Positions 39,671 through 53,344 of a stretch of DNA of 64,000 nt are shown one piece after another (within the stretch, counting starts at the first letter, position 1; the number at the start of each line of letters is the position of its first letter). Below the pieces are notes generated by a model, which ran no database searches, was not told the origin of the DNA, and saw only the letters and a program-made list of their open reading frames with translations. Made by a program: the position numbers and the translations under genes. This DNA is from Octopus vulgaris (taxonomy: Eukaryota): positions 104,408,001 to 104,472,000 of the forward strand of contig OX597820.1 of assembly GCA_951406725.2 (NCBI GenBank), written 5' to 3'.

Positions 39671-41081
39671 TATCAACTTCATTTTTTATTTTAGAGATCA
39701 ATAAAATATTTAAAAACTGGTAAAGTGTGGGGTCGGTGAACTCGACTTGCCTCCTTCTCCGAAAGTAACTGGCCGCGTGCCTAAATTTGAAACCGCTACT
39801 TCATTTCAATATCAAGTACACAGTTTTGACATAAACTGCAGTTTAATGTTTAATAAAAATCTAAGGAAACAGTTCTGAGTATGTTTAGGCTTTCGTATGG
39901 CCTTATTTTTTGAAACTTTTGAATCATTAACTTTTCCACCACTGTTCCGGTGATTACAATGAAATCTATGTTTTCCTGTTGAGATTATAGTAAAACTTAA
40001 ACGTGTCCTGAGTTATTATCCTTACTTGCCAAAAATTATTTGAATAATAATAGATGACTAATATTGTTTTATCACGGTCCATAAACATGTCTTTTGACTT
40101 TCTAATTACTCCTACGTTATGTATGTTCGGACTAGCTTATTAATTGTTTTTCATATGGATAGTATCTCTGACATTTAAAAACAAATCTACTTTTCTTCTC
40201 CAGCCACTGTATAATCTAGTACAAATGTATAGTATATACCTTGTAATTTATTCATCCCTACATAAGTGCGTTCACTGTCTTTCATGAAGATGGTAGCTTA
40301 GAAAACTAGGTGAGCTACGTTTAAAAAGCGAAATGAAAAGAAAAGCAAACTTCAGTTGAAATGCATCTATACATTTGCAGATATATAATAACAATTTATA
40401 TCAGATTTTGTTAGCTATTGTACTAACTGTGTAATTAAGAATCTTAAATATACATACTAACATGCATGTATACATGCGTGATATATAACTGGTCAGAATG
40501 CTACCGTCAGTTTCGCGCCGAATATTGCGATCAGACTTGGCCCCAGAATGGAAACCGCAATCTTACGGTCATGAGTACAACACTCTAACCACTTAGCCAC
40601 TCACATCCCCATAGATACATATACGTGTATTAAAGGGTAAAAGGTGTATATGCATATGTGTGTGTCTGTGTGTGTGTACACATACATATATAATAGTCGT
40701 CACTAATCCTTCTTCCACAAAAAGATTAACATGCACTTTAGAGGTTTAAAAGAAAGAAAGTAAATTGACTGGAAGTGACGAAATCCGATTGTCTCTTATA
40801 AACAATCTATGCGACATAACAATTATATAGAACGTATATGTATTTTATATAACATGAAAACCGTGCCTCTGTTATATGGAAGATGGAAACAGTCACATTT
40901 ACAGGAAAACATGGCATTGATGGGTGTTACTATAGCATGATATCAACCATCCATTTTCTACTATAGTATGATATCTACCAACTGTTTGTCGTATGAAATA
41001 TGTTAAAAATCATTGAACATTTATTTTAACAAAGCAAAGGCATAATAAACATGTAGCGTATCTCTTTCTTTATTATAAACA

Positions 41082-42108
41082 TGTAGCGTATCTGATATCC
41101 TCACTGTTTGAGATTACAGCCATCTTTGGCTGGTTTGTCCCTGTTGTGTCCACCGATCTGATTGGTTGGCATGTGGCGCGGTTTGTCTCTCTACTTATTT
41201 CGCGCCACTGTGTAAAGCCAGCCAATCACGGCCTTTGGATAAGGCCTGCTTCTTTGAGCCATTTTTCTCTATAAAAAGGCCCTTGTTTTCCTATTCTTCG
41301 TCTTTCAACTCCAGACCTTTTAAGATCTAGTCACTGACCCCTGAGCTACTCAACCATGTTCCAGTTGCAGCGACAGACGATCAGTCACCCAGCCATGCTA
41401 TTGCTCCAGCTATGAAGACGTTATTATATACCAGCGACAGACAGAACGTTTTCTATCTCCGCCGCCGTCATCACCATCATCGTACTCCAACTTTACGTCG
41501 TCTATACCAACGTCGCCATTACCACCGTCAACTTCAAATATGTACACACCAACACGACCAAGTTTGACTCACGCTGATTAGAATGAACTTTTCACCAAGT
41601 ATAACAGTCAGTCTATCTAAAGAAAATCTATATTAAGAGACTCAGCTCGGCGTTGAGACTCCAACCGCTGCACGACATGTGCCCAACCTACCTTCGCCTC
41701 GAGACACAACATTTTGTTATAGAACTCTTACTAACGTGTACTTCACGCATGAACTGGTAATCTAAATTCCATCGTAACTCTATGCTGAGACATTCATCTT
41801 ATACTGTGCATACATTATTATTTGTACCTTCTGTCGCACACACGAACACACAGACACAAACACTTGTCGCATGCACACATACGCTCCATTTGCTAGCACT
41901 CACAACACTTTCGCTTTAACGCCTTGTAAATAAAGTCTTTCTTCTCTCTCAAACAGCGGAACGGTTTGTTGTCCTTCATTTATTCCTTTGGCACTGTATT
42001 ATATATGTAACATATAGCTTCTATCTTATTTTGTTTGGATACGACCGTGCGACGTCAAAAGGAGGCATTTGTCGCCAACCTCCTTACGAACGGTCGTATA
42101 ACCCTACA
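41082..42108 (+). mobile_element. Solo LTR (1027 bp) inserted in the Merlin element
   Basis: TGTAGCGTAT...ATAACCCTACA ends, 4-bp TSD AACA (41078-41081, 42109-42112), CCAAT at 41222, TATAAAA at 41270, AATAAA at 41929. Confidence 0.85.
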
Positions 42109-42158
42109 AACAGTTTGTAGTGTAAAATTTATTAAAAATCATTAACACCTCAAATATT

Positions 42159-42370
42159 CTTTTCTACTCTAAGCACAAGGTCCGAAATTTTCGGGAGGGA
42201 GCCAGTCGATTATATCGACCCCATTTCGCAACTGGTACTTAATTTATCAATCCCGAAAGGATGAAAGGCAAAGTCGACCTCGGCGGAATTTGATCTCAGA
42301 ACGTAAAGACAGACGAAATACTGTTAAGCATTTCACCCGGCGTGCTAACGTTTTTGCCAGCTCGCCGCCT
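42159..42370 (-). mobile_element. Family A SINE (tail2 type) inserted in the Merlin element
   Basis: 17-bp TSD ttaacacctSaaatatt (42142-42158, 42371-42387). Confidence 0.9.
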
Positions 42371-44694
42371 TTAACACCTGAAATATTGATTTTAATGTTT
42401 GTAAACTGATCTGATATCATTTAAAAGAAGCAGTGAACGGGTCATCGTTTTTCCTGAGCATTTTCCAACAATAATGATCCAATTGTGATTGAAAATGTTG
42501 AATAGGTAGGCCTTTTTGTTTTTCTTGAGTATTTCAGTCTTGGCGTCAAGCCACGGTCGCTCAATAGCATGTATATGAGCTCCTAATGTCGGGTCCACAT
42601 AATTCACTTGATGATTGACGGTTTTGTGCTGATATTCTCTTCGTTGACAATCAAGACCAAAAACCTATCTATGCGTGCTCCATGGTTCTTCTTATTTATA
42701 AGCTCTGCATCGACCACCTGTCAACATTCGACCACGGTTATATTAACGACGAGCAGCAAACCGAGCCTCGTCAATCTGTATAGGATTTTTCTGTTTGCCA
42801 ATCATTTGACCCCTCGTTTGGTGTGAAATTATCGCGCTACAAACTTCACGAAGCATATTAAACCAGTCTGCAATAGTATTAGGCGACTGTCCAGTAAAGG
42901 TTACTGTAGTACTCGTCGGGATTTTAGCGAATAAAACAGTACACTAATTTTAAAATTTCGTACACACTCAATCTGCTGTTGATCTTCCCATTCAAATCAG
43001 TATAGTAGAAAAACTGATTTCCTTCCCGAACTGAGCGATAAGCTTGGCACCCTTTTTTTCGGACATCTTAGTATTGGCCGGAATTCTCCCGTTCTATACC
43101 TCTTACTTTTTTCTTGCATTTGTGTTCTACATTTATGACCATGGGGTACATTTCCTACGTGGTCAATAAGATTGTGCTCTCTCAAAAAGGACACGGCTTC
43201 ATCTCCACTTGAGATTATTTTGTAAAAGTCTTTGGCCAGCAGGGTGCTAGTGTGAACAACTAAGCAGGCTAGAATTAATTGCTGAAGGTCGTAAGTGGAT
43301 TATTTGGTAGAGTTCATTGTGATTTACGGTAGGTCGCAAATAGCAAAGTAGATATCAGACTATATAGTAGCACCCATTGATGCACGAAATGAGATTCGCG
43401 AATAGTTTTCCACAACCTCTAAATCTGTTTAGCCTCATTTGCTCTTGAGAATATGATGTAAATAAATCATCACTAGACCCCTATGTCGCCTGAGTTTTTT
43501 TGTTTTTTTTTGGTGAACATTCGTGTCCTCCAAGTGTCTTTGGACGCAGCATAATGAAGGATGAGGGAATTCTGGTAATGATATGAAGGAATTTTACCAG
43601 TTCTTTCTAGCAGTTTTATTTATGAAATTATAGGATGTCACTGTTATCGTTTCCAGTCAATTTACTTCAACTCCATGTTAAATACAGAAGCTCAAATCCT
43701 ACTTGAATTTCATTCACCCAGTCATCCCAAAAGGAGCCTAAACATATTCTACACAACTTTTTCTTTTTCTTTTTCTTTTGTGTTCTTTTCCACTAGCAGA
43801 AATCTTAAGATATGTAATGTAATTTCCTCAGCAATTTTTCTGTATGTGGGATGGAAAAGTCAATGACATTTGAATGGCATGGTGTAACAAAATTTTAATT
43901 TTATTTATTTGTCTTTGGTCAGGAAGTGTTATTTCCTACTTGTTTCTGACTATTCTATCTAGAAATCAAATGAAATGATTACTGTTCCCTTCAAACTATG
44001 CTTTTGTGACCTAGACAACAATGTTTTGAAACTGATCTATTTTCCATTACATTTCAGATTCAGCACTGAATTGCTGAAGCAGAAATATTGTTATAGCAAA
44101 TATTCTGTTCAATACCACAGATTTGCTTGTCAGTTGCTTGACTTTAACCATTTGAGCATGTCCCTTAGTGAATGACAATATGTGCATCTCTGATCATGAT
44201 CAGGAGTAGTGGGGGAGCATCATAGTCATGTGTTGAGAGGGACTCTTTGGGGTTTGAATAAGTATCATAACAAACGCTAAGTTTGAAGGAAATATTAACC
44301 ACTTTCCATACTTTTTAGTGGTAAGCAAATAGGAAATAACAGTTGCTATCCAAAGACAAAAATCGTGTTAAACAGTGTTGTTGCTGTTGATATTATTATT
44401 ATATCTTAAGTTCTGAGTCCAAATTCTGTCGGGGTCGATAAATTAAGTACCATTTGCGTACTGGGATCGATCTAATCGACTAACCCGTTCCCCTAAAATT
44501 TCGGGCCTTGTGCCAAGAGTAGAAAAGATTATTGTTATTTGCTTTAGTTACTTTTGGAGGTAAGAGATTAGCGTAGGGATGAGAACCAACCCTTCCTCAT
44601 CACACAAGAGATTCTGTTCAACTAAGTGACAGACAAATTTCGGTAATGGACGGGCCTCTGATTTCATACATACAGACAGACATATATATATATC

Positions 44695-44980
44695 ACGTGA
44701 CGTGACCGACCAGGCTATCAGATGTTGCTACACATCGCTGGTCACAATGCGCTTCGCATTGTTTTAGCCTTCAAATGACGCCACCCCGCTGGCTAAGCGA
44801 GCAGGCCAAAAGAAGAAAGAGTGAGAGAAAGTTGCGGCGAAAGAGTACAGCAGGGATCGCCACCACCCCCTGCCGGAGCTTCGTGGAGCTTTAGGTTTTT
44901 TCGCTCAATAAACACTCACAACGCCCGGTCTGGGAATCGAAACCGCGATCCGCTGCCCTAACCACTAGGCCATTGCGCCT

Positions 44981-44984
<4 letters not shown>
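44695..44984 (-). mobile_element. SINE family B variant with a different 3' tail
   Basis: Family B head and body (AAAGCTCCACGA.GCTCCGGCAGGGGG) followed by a tail ending CTGATAGCCTGGTCGGTCACGTCACGTGATA. Confidence 0.8.
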
Positions 44985-45027
<43 letters not shown>

Positions 45028-45031
45028 TATC

Positions 45032-45147
<116 letters not shown>

Positions 45148-47279
45148 CAGACACTCACATATATGTTTGTATATGTGTGTGTGTGTATGTACGGCCGGCT
45201 TGTTAAATGTATCACAAGTGACAGCTAAGCTTGGGAACATTCCAAGCCCTGTCAGCCGGGGTGTGGTGACACAAACTGTGTAAGTAGTATTGTATAACAA
45301 GAGCTACAGTAACGATCGTTTTAGGTCATGCAGCCACACTAGGCAGTGTTTCTGTTGTTTTGTTATGTTTTTTATTTCTACCTATTGCCTGCGATGAAAG
45401 GCAAACTCCTCGAAAATGAGATGTTTTCTTTCCCTAACAAAACCCTTATCCTCTTCTTTCAGTGTCGTATCAAAAGTAATGATAGAGAGAAAACGAGATC
45501 GCGCTTTCTGTTTGATTTTGTGTGTAAGTCGAGTCAGGCAGCTAGGCTGTCAAATTTGAGCTGAATAAACTAAAACGAGGTTAGATAATCGTACTTGTTA
45601 GTAGTTATGTGGTTGGGGTTTCAAATTACCCTAACTCACAGAATAGTTATATCCTTGTTTTACTATGTTTTTCTGTATTTTTAACAAATAACTCCTATGA
45701 TACTTGTGTATGTGTGTGTGTGTGTGTGTGTTCCATTGGATTATTTTTAATGATTATACTTTCCGCTAAAAGATTTATTATCTGGTGCGAATGTTAGAAA
45801 TCATCTGTGTTCCAATGTAAGGATTATATTTTGTCGAGAGCTGCAGAAATTGGATAACTATTTGTTCGTTATTGCACAGAATTATTATTGAAGGAGTTGG
45901 GAAGTTTATGTAACCCCATTTTCTGTCATATTCACGAAAACTCATTTTGGAAAAACTTAGCTCGCTAGCCAATAGTAAATAGAAAATGCGTTGTCGACAT
46001 TTTGTAATGAAGGTCGCTCGCTCCCCTCACAAACAAATGTCTACATACAACACATACACGCATAATAAGAGAAATCTTAGAAACGAAAACATGAAATTTT
46101 ATAAACAATAAAAAGAAAATGTTTAGTGTTTCTGACACAAAAATTTATTTGAAGGCTCACGCAACGGTAGCAATTAAAACAGGATCAGTAGCAGCCGTTC
46201 AAGAATTTGGACCTAGAGATCTCCATTTCCAGCGACTCCGAGGGCCACCTCCCAGTGGTGTCGGGCGTCAACGAAGAGCCCTCGACTACAACAAGACGAC
46301 CAAAGTTTTTTTTTTTCCAAGGTCTGGGGTCTCCCGCTCCTAAGCCCTAGACCATCACCTAATCACCCTTACCCATCTTGTTGCTTAACAACAACAACAA
46401 TAGCATCAGTAGCAATGCACTACGTCCGTTCGCAAACGTCACAAGAAATAGGCAGTTTCTGATCCTGAGTAGGATAGAGACACAAGTCTGGTAAGACTCT
46501 GTTACGTCTCTTTCCTTATCGGGAGATTTTTCTCTAAGTCCGAGAAAGAAGAAAGTTGATTTACATATGGCTCCTTCAAACCGGTAGGGACTATTTGCGT
46601 ACCCTTGAAAAATTATTAAAAACAGGCACTCGCCGATTATGGCAAAGCCTTTTCTTTATTGAGCGAGAATCTGGAATGGTATGACCCAGTCTTACATAAC
46701 ACTTTCGTTACTGTACATGGGTCAAAGCATCAGAGGAATTCGTAGCTCGTTGTTATCTTTGTAGCGCAATATGAGCAGATTGTGAAATCCAAGGTAATGA
46801 GGAAGGTATATTATAGTCAGGAAAAGTAAGGATGGACTTGCAAATCCTTTTGGCCATCAAAATGATAAGGCCATTCCGGACACGGGCGTAGAAATACATG
46901 TGAGATGGACGGCGTAGGGGAGAAGGCCTAAAAACAAAATACCAAACAAACACTGGGTTCTATTTAACTAACAAATGTCTTACCTTGTGCTTATGCTAGA
47001 AATTATTATCATTATTTTGGTAGACTTTGAAGAATCGAGGACAAAATTCTTTGCGAAATTTCATGCTATTCTTTATTCTTTTGCGAGTTCAAATCTCGCC
47101 AAATTCACCTTAGCCTTTTTATCCTTCTGTGGTTGGTAGAATATATTATCAGTCACTATTATCAGTAAGTGTAATCAACTTACTCTCACTCACCCCATCC
47201 ACAAGTTATCTGACCTGCAAAAGACACCCATTTCAACCTTCCCCAGTGTTCAGTTCATATGGAAAATTATAGTCGACCT

Positions 47280-47830
47280 TGAAGGTATTAATGATGACGT
47301 TAATAAAGGTGGTAATTATGACACTAATAAGGCTTGTGACGAGAAGTGAACAATAGCAGTGATAATGGTGACTGTGATTATAGGGATTGTAGAGTTTGTG
47401 GTCGTGCTGGTAATAGTAGTCGTGTAGATGTTGTTGATGATGATGATTACGATGATGAGGATGACGATGGTGGTGGTGGTGGTGGTGTGGTGGTGAATTG
47501 GTGGTGCTGGTTATGATGGTGGTAATGATTAGGATGATGGCGATGATGATGGTAACGATGATTATGACGATGATGATTATGATGGTGGTGGTGGTGGTGA
47601 TGATGATAATGAAAATGAAGATGATCGTGATAGTGTTGGTAAAGAAGATGATAATGATGGTAATGATAATGACAACAACGACGACGACGACGACGATGAT
47701 GATAATGAAGATGGTGGTGGTAGTGGTGGTGGTGATAGTGAAGGCAGTAATGAAAAGAATTATGTTGATATGTACGGTGATGGTAATGACAATGAAAATA
47801 ACGATTAAGATAAGATGATAAATCAAGATA
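47280..47830. repeat. Cryptic (GAT/GGT/AAT)n trinucleotide low-complexity region
   Basis: Degenerate triplet repeats; they account for the spurious 227-aa ORF. Confidence 0.9.
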
Positions 47831-48082
47831 TCGATTAAGATTTGATTCTGGGTTATGGTCGTGTTAAGCCGGATTATCGTTGAGAAAAGAAGACGTTTGT
47901 AGCTGCCATGAAACAATTTGACATTATTGTCGGTGTTTCACTTGGCGTGTTACGACACCTTTAATTGAAGATCGCTTATACCTGACATTGGCTGATTAAA
48001 ATCAACTTCCTTGCGTGTATATATATATATACATACATATATGAATCCACACATACTTACATATACATACATACACAGACAC

Positions 48083-48124
<42 letters not shown>

Positions 48125-48771
48125 AATGCATACATGCACACAAACATAATATATTGCATATATAAAATAAAAGCTGTCACTATCGGGTAAGGTCATACTT
48201 GTCACAAACAAAAGAGCTTTACCTTCAACAATGATGCAACCCCACCTCCCCAGAAATAACATAAACAGCAAAATGCAGAAGAAATTTAAGACGATTCGAA
48301 AGGAAACGGGATAATGATAATGATGATGAAGATAAAGATGAGGAGGTGGAGGAGGAGGAAGAGGAGGAGGCGGAGATGAAGAAGAGGGGAAGAGAAATTG
48401 AAGAAGAAGAAGTGAAGTTGAAGAAGAAGAAGAAGAAGAAGAAGAAGAAGAAGAAGAAGATGAAGAGGACAGGTGTTTAATTGTCTCTAGTTGGTGGTTG
48501 CTTACATTCTTCGCCCACTCCCTACATCTACCAGCATCTTCCTTACAAGAAGTGAAGAAAAGAAACACGGTAGCACACAAGCCTCTTGTAAGTTGGCGGA
48601 GAACGAACTTAACGTCTACATTGTCTCTTTGAAGAATTTTTCTATTTTCACTTTTACTTTCGTTAAGTAACAAATACTTTACCAATACTTTCAACAACAA
48701 AACAACTAACTACAGCAAAAACAACACTTGCAACAGTAAAGCCTTCACTACTCCCAGACTTAATTCATTAA

Positions 48772-49004
48772 CCCTTTGCCTGTTGTGCATTACATGACAC
48801 ACGGGACATATTACCCTGGTGTTCAACCACCATTTGTGATACGCATTCCCAATATTTTTTTCGACCACCAGAGTAACTTAAGACTTATGAAAAGAAGGTT
48901 TTATGTTTATCAGGACATATGAAACAAAGGCTGGAGTAAAGGTTTGAAAACAAGCATAGACGTTTTGGACAAACTTTTGAAAATACTTTTGGATCGGCAA
49001 AGGG
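48772..49004. mobile_element. piggyBac-like MITE
   Basis: TTAA|CCCTTTGCC ... GGCAAAGGG|TTAA. Confidence 0.75.
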
Positions 49005-49288
49005 TTAATAGTTTTATTGCAAAAGAAAAACTAAGGAGTAGTTTCAACCCCAACAGGGTAACTAATTAAGGGATAACATAACCTTTGATTTGAAGGTTCC
49101 GGACTTTTTGAAGAGTGAATCAAAATGACGAACAAAACGAGACTATCGGCAAGACACGGCAAGTACGTGGTGGCTCGACCCGTGAGCCCCACTCTTGGAT
49201 GTTATCTCAGCCACTGGAAAAATCTAGACGAGACAGAAAGGGATATTATGTATCTGAGTTACCTAGCAGGTTAGATTGGATTTCTATC

Positions 49289-49371
<83 letters not shown>

Positions 49372-49504
49372 TTATCTATCTATCTACCTATCTATTTATG
49401 TGTGTGATTGTATATATATATATATATATATTTATATTATATAGAGGGCATTACTACACATTAATTCGTTATACATAGATCCATTCGTTATAATCTTGAA
49501 TTAT

Positions 49505-49566
49505 GCTTGCACTGACGATTAAAAAGTGCATTTCTGCACTAATTATGAAATCATGTGATTTGCAGC
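49505..49566 (+). ncRNA. Type I hammerhead ribozyme motif inside a short inverted-repeat-bounded element
   Basis: gcttgca-CTGACGA-..agtgca tttc tgcact..-GAAA-tca tg tga-TT-tgcagc; AUU triplet; base of stem II imperfect. Confidence 0.65.
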
Positions 49567-49975
49567 TGAATTCTGTTTTTAAAAGGCTCGCTTCAAGAGT
49601 TGCATTCCTTCGCATTCGATACTATGCGTTTATTTATTTTGATAGCTTTGACTTTAAGAGTCCCTCTTAGCGTGTGGCATTTATGTATAGTAATGCCCTG
49701 TATATAATATAAACAAATATATTTAAGCGAAAAATTGATGGTTCTTTCTATTATGAGGTTTTTCACGCTAACTACTTGATAAATTTTTACAAAGATTTTA
49801 TCCTATTTTAAAATTGTATATATATATTTTCTTTTTCAGTGTATACCGTGTATACTTACCTATTTTGTTTTATTATTTCATTATATGTAAACCCCAACAC
49901 TTTATAGCAGTCTTTGTATTGTCTCCTTCATCTTTCGCCTTTGTGGCAAATAAATGAAATCATCATCATCAGCAA

Positions 49976-50049
<74 letters not shown>

Positions 50050-50051
<2 letters not shown>

Positions 50052-50935
50052 TAGTCTTATTTTTATCACGTGCTGTGTCTTCCAATATTGTTATTATTAT
50101 TAGTCAGTAGTCTTATTTTCATAACGTGCTTTCACTGCACTAATGAGCGCATCTCTGCCTTGGGTATGTGCTGTGGTTTGCTGTGATGCCCTTATGGTTA
50201 CTGTATTGAAAGTGTTTTACGTAGGATGTGTGCAGTGCCTAGTAGTGCTATTTTCTGTATATTATATATATTTGTTAGTCCTGGTGTTTTTGTTATGTAT
50301 TTGTCTGAATATCTTTTATCATACCTAATGCGCCCACCAATTTAGGAATTGTTTCTGTTTTTAGACTCCACATTCGAGTTACCTTTATTTCCAGGTATTT
50401 GTATTTTGAAAGTTTCTCCATTTCTTTTAGAGAAACGGTGTCATCTTCCTAAATACATCAATTAGGAAGCATTTTTTTCTTCATGATCTCTGACAATTAT
50501 ATCTGGCCTATTGACCTTAATTTCTCAATCTGTGTGTATTGGCATATCCCAGAGTATGGTTACTTTCTCATTTTCTGTGACCTTTTCTGGCGTGTGCTTA
50601 TACCATCTTTTTTCTCTTTGTTATTCCATAGTGTTGTCATAGCTTCCAGTGTATGTAGGTCCCAACTTTGTGGTGTCGGTGAATATATTCCTCCTTAGCC
50701 AGGACTGGGCAACCAGAGACAATATGATTTATTGTTTCTTGTCCATCTCCACATATTCTGCAGTTACTTGTTATGTTTCTTTTCATTATATGTTTTTGAT
50801 AATTTCTGATGGGGAGGCTTTGGTCTTGTGCTGCAATTAAAAATCCTTCAGTCTCTGCTTCTCAGCCATTGCTGGGATTTTTCTCTGTCTGTTTCTTTTG
50901 CTAAGCATTTATTTTGTGCGTGATAGCTGTGGAAC
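50050..50935 (-). mobile_element. R4/Dong-type non-LTR 3' fragment with CCHC knuckle and restriction-like endonuclease, ending in (TAA)n
   Basis: CRICGDGQETINHIVSGCPVLAKEEYIHRHHKVGTYIHWKL, ILWDMPIHTD..VNRPDIIVRD..FLIDV, EKLSKYK, LVGALG; (TAA)n at ~49978-50047. Confidence 0.9.
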
Positions 50936-51252
50936 ATAAAATAGAAGTAAACATTGCAAGACGAAGGCAATGCTTGAGAGAGAATATACACACACATATA
51001 TATATATATATATAAAGAGGGAGAGAGAAAGAGTGCGTGTGTGTGTGTGTGCGTGCGTGCGCATGCGCAATGTGTTTGTGTGCATCTGTGCGTCACTGAA
51101 GCCATTCACACATGCATAACCACTCGCTTTTTCTGTCAATCACTCACACATTCACTCACTACAAAAAGTAAATATAAAAATTTTCAGTTATATCTCTCTC
51201 TCTCTCTCTCTCTTTCTTTCTCTCTATATCACACACACATACCAGCACCATT

Positions 51253-51295
<43 letters not shown>

Positions 51296-51758
51296 ACACA
51301 CACTAACAAAACAATTTCATTTACACACCACACTTTCTGTCCCTACAACTCCATCAATACACACACACATCAATCTCTGTGTCTCTTTCGCTTTACGCCG
51401 ACTTCAAAAGATAAGTCCTCTGTTCTCCAGATAAGTAAAAAGAATCTTTTAAATTTTTACAGAAAGCGACGATCTTGTTCAGAAACGTAAACAAACCCAC
51501 GTGCTTTAAGAAGTGATGTCAACTGTTCTCAAAACGAAAGATCGCCCAAATTCATAGATATGTAATTTGCATTGAATTGCCATTTTGGTCTTAAGTGTTA
51601 AACGTTTTTCTTTCTTTCTCTCTGTATGGTTTCAGAACCTTTGTCAATGAACGATTTCAAATGTAAATCCGAGTGAAATTTCGCGTAAGTGTGTGTCGCG
51701 CCTGATTGTGTGGTTGCTTTGTGGTTATTGTAATTCACGCTTTTACATTTCTTCTGTT

Positions 51759-51950
51759 GTTTCTTCTTCTTCTTCTTCTTCTTCTTCTTCTTCTTCTTCT
51801 TCTTCTTCTTCTTCTTCTTCTTCTTCTTCTTCTTCTTCTTCTTCTTCTTCTTCCTCCTTCTTCTTCTTCTTCTTCTTCTTCTTCTTCTTCTTCTTCTTCT
51901 TCTTCTTCTTCTTCTTCTTCTTCTTCTTCTTCTTCTTCTTCTTCTTCTTC
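51759..51950. repeat. (TTC)n microsatellite, ~190 bp
   Basis: Directly visible; one TCC interruption. Confidence 0.98.
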
Positions 51951-53344
51951 CAATCAGGACTCACCCCATTAGCCACGAAGAATAATCTCTAATTCGAGCC
52001 TACTCGAAGCTACTAAGAATGCGTGTGGCAACTTGAAGATTCACCCACCACACGCGATAGACTGGCAGTTACACGGCCGCGAAAGCTACGTTGTTATCCT
52101 CATTCCGTAAACGGTGGCTTTTAACGGGTGGAGAGCTGAACCATCCTGGGGTACAGAGGATTCGCAATCTAGACAAGGGTTTGAAAGTTTACCACACCAT
52201 AGTGGGTTACATCATGGTTCCTCTGCTTTGTGGCAGAAGTAGGAAGAAAGAGTGAGAGAAAGTTATGGTGAAAGAGTACAGCAGGGTTCACTCCCGCCCC
52301 GCCGGAGCCTCGTAGAGCTTAGGTGTTTTTGCTCAATAAACACTTACAATGCCCGGTCCTGGAATCGAAACCGCGTTCTAACGACCGCGAGTCCGCTGTC
52401 CAAACCACCAAGCCATTGCGCCTCCACTCTGTTGTTGTCGGTAGTGGTAGTGGTGGCGATGATGGTAGTAATGCTGTTAACTGTGTTTGTATCTGCTTTT
52501 GTTGTTGGTGATGATGTCGTTACTTCTGTTTCTGTGAGATGTTAATCTGGTTCTTTGCTGGCATTGTTGCTTACATTGTTATTGCTCCTATTACACTGTT
52601 AATACTGTTTTATGGCTACTGACACTACACACACATACACACACACAAACACATGTATGTATTACATTATATCATACTGGGCGTTGAAGTAATGTCAGCA
52701 AAGCAAATAAAGAAACAAGAAAAGCTTTTATTATCCAACTATTCAATATAACACGCGCACACACACAAACACACACGTTTTGGGTCAATGGTCAATGCTA
52801 TGCAGAAGCGCACATAGATAAACATTGTTATGAATAAGTTACGTAAAAGTAAACAAATAGATACATACATGATTCGTGGAGGGGCGGATGTTGAGTACGT
52901 AGCTACTGTCTAAAACGAAGTCAACCTTCATACGCTGAGAATGATTGCCTAACTCCAAGTGAGCCTTCATACTCTTAGAATGATGATCAAAAGAGTTCCA
53001 GCTGTGGCCATACTGCTTTATTGTTATTAGGCATTGTGTATTTAGTGCTAGTTTATTGCATGTCCGTACGACTCCCATATAATATGTTATTATCGAATAT
53101 TTGAGGAAATGTCGTTTTGGACAATATTTTAGGAGTGTAGTGTGATGGACATAAACTATAAAGAAGTCTTTTATTCAAGTCCCACGAAAGTAAACGAAAT
53201 TAAGATTTCATAAAAAGAAAAAGTACCATTGCAAATCATGTGCAGGGTTCTTTTCCATTAGCTGAAAATTAGGAGTTAGTATCCCGTGGGTAGTCCAAAA
53301 TTGTTTTCAGTTTTCTGATATAATAAAGGTGTCACCGTTTTGTG

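Larger units (their letters stand above)
40923..43374 (-). mobile_element. Merlin (IS1016/IS1595-related) DNA transposon with nested insertions
   Basis: GG-initial TIRs GGTGTTACTATAGCATGATATC / GATATCAGACTATATAGTAGCACC and an exact 8-bp TSD CATTGATG (40915-40922, 43375-43382). Decayed transposase at ~42390-43215: TIADWFNMLREVC, QIDEARF..YNRGR, VNYVDPTLGAHIHAIERPWLDAK. Confidence 0.9.

Noticed and set aside
45201-45285. Hairpin tgacag..gcttggg aaca ttccaagc..ctgtca followed by gtaagt
   Set aside because: Stem too short and interrupted for a pre-miRNA; no other support for an exon.
47233-48700. Long ORFs of 227 aa and 204 aa
   Set aside because: Stop-poor trinucleotide low-complexity DNA.
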